A DNA stretch of 14,175 nt, from NCBI GenBank assembly GCA_046481705.1, contig JAWOJK010000084.1, positions 1 to 14,175 on the forward strand, given 5' to 3'. The notes under the pieces were generated by a model, which saw only the letters and a program-made list of their open reading frames with translations, made no database searches and was not told the origin of the DNA. Made by a program: the position numbers and the translations under genes. The number at the start of each line of letters is the position of its first letter. The stretch's first letter is position 1. This DNA comes from Desulfobacterales bacterium (lineage in GTDB: Bacteria > Desulfobacterota > Desulfobacteria > Desulfobacterales > JAABRJ01). Positions 13,510-14,175 of this stretch are shown piece by piece.

Positions 13510-14175
13510 TCTCCAGATCGCTCACCAGTGCCCCCAGTGCGGGGCACCGGCCGTGCTCGAGGAAACCGACCGACTGTTTACCTGCGGCTATTGCCGGGCA
13601 AACGCTTATCTGCTGCCGCAGAAATTTTTCCGCTACCGGCTGCCCCTGGGGTCACCGGCCCGCACCGACCTGGTGTATTTCCCCTACTGGCGTTTTAAGG
13701 GAATGCTTTTTTCGGCCGGGCCCGCGGGTATTGCGCACCGTTTGATCGACATCAGCCGCCAGGCCTGCCCCCACCCCGCGTTTCCCGTATCACTGGGCTT
13801 CCGCCCCCAGGCGCTTCGGCTGCAGTTCGTTTTGCCGGAAACGCCGGGGTATTTCGTCGAGCCGAGCCTGCCGCTGGAAAAGGTGACGGAAGCCTTCACA
13901 GACCGCCGGGACTGCCACCGCCCCTCCCTCCAGGCCCAGATCGGGGAGAGCGCCAGCCTGATTTATGCACCTTTTTATATTGGTAAAAAATTGGTCGACG
14001 GGGTACTGGACCGTGCGGTGGGCGCTATTTTGCCGGAAAACTTGCAAATGGCTGGACTGGCCGGCGGACCGCCGCAAGGCCGGATCGATTTCATCTCGGC
14101 CGTCTGTCCGCAATGCGGCTGGGATCTTTCAGGTGCCAGGGCTTCGGTGGTCTTGAACTGCCGCCACTGCCAAAC
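13496..14175 (+). CDS. Zinc-ribbon-containing protein, 3'-truncated by the window edge; overlaps the SPFH gene end by 14 nt
   Basis: The frame is open from the GTG at 13496 to the window end and translates as MKNSNLQIAHQCPQCGAPAVLEETDRLFTCGYCRANAYLLPQKFF…CPQCGWDLSGARASVVLNCRHCQ…. A CPxCG…CGYC ribbon sits at the N-terminus and a second CPQCG…CRHC ribbon lies near the window end. GC3 is high. It is absent from the ORF track because it has no in-window stop codon. The next ATG is at ~13703 (KGMLF), so the exact start is uncertain. The antisense ORF at 13790-14113 is rejected. Confidence 0.5.
   Translation, partial: MKNSNLQIAHQCPQCGAPAVLEETDRLFTCGYCRANAYLLPQKFFRYRLPLGSPARTDLVYFPYWRFKGMLFSAGPAGIAHRLIDISRQACPHPAFPVSLGFRPQALRLQFVLPETPGYFVEPSLPLEKVTEAFTDRRDCHRPSLQAQIGESASLIYAPFYIGKKLVDGVLDRAVGAILPENLQMAGLAGGPPQGRIDFISAVCPQCGWDLSGARASVVLNCRHCQ

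Noticed and set aside
13790-14113. 107-aa minus-strand ORF at the window end
   Set aside because: It overlaps the plus-strand frame, which carries paired CPQCG/CxxC zinc-ribbon motifs and high GC3 and is continuous with the upstream operon.
1-14175. CRISPR arrays, tRNA/rRNA genes, IS elements, integrases or other mobile-element hallmarks
   Set aside because: No regularly spaced direct repeats were seen. No cloverleaf-like conserved tRNA segments were seen. No transposase/integrase motifs or terminal inverted repeats were seen. The window looks like core-ish chromosome.

Overview
The window is high-GC (roughly 63-65%) bacterial chromosomal DNA with deltaproteobacterial-style codon usage and densely packed genes. 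It reads as ordinary chromosome, not a mobile island: no tRNA, rRNA, CRISPR array, IS element or integrase is visible. Most of the six-frame ORFs in the track are antisense artefacts of high GC. Twelve coding regions are supported by recognisable protein motifs, a ribosome-binding site before the start codon, and G/C preference at codon third positions.

Gene content, left to right:
- 1-165 (+): the 3' end of an unknown gene.
- 3513 to 202 (-): an operon of an FAD pyridine-nucleotide-disulfide oxidoreductase, a TVP38/TMEM64 membrane protein and the SppA signal-peptide peptidase.
- 5419 to 3809 (-): an AMP-forming acyl-CoA synthetase with a terminator-like hairpin in its 5' leader.
- 5795-6937 (+): a standalone SprT-like HExxH metallopeptidase fused to a DUF2786-like segment.
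- 7030-10423 (+): a NitT/TauT-type ABC importer (ATPase, permease, lipoprotein binding protein, with start and stop codons overlapping), followed by a membrane protein with a Pro/Ala-rich linker, a DUF2914-like C-terminal domain and an in-frame C9 homopolymer.
- 10424-10603: an AT-rich convergent spacer with a strong bidirectional-type hairpin and a possible 28-codon ORF that has a strong Shine-Dalgarno sequence.
- 12079 to 10604 (-): a B12-binding-domain-like protein with an aberrant DxHxxG motif, followed by a DMT/EamA transporter.
- 12382 to window end (+): an NfeD-less SPFH (Band_7_1 type) protein with three C-terminal zinc ribbons, overlapped at its 3' end by a second, truncated zinc-ribbon protein.

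The best candidates for an under-described functional unit are the SPFH/multi-zinc-ribbon pair and the SprT-like-DUF2786 fusion. Both need database and genomic-neighbourhood checks that I cannot run here.
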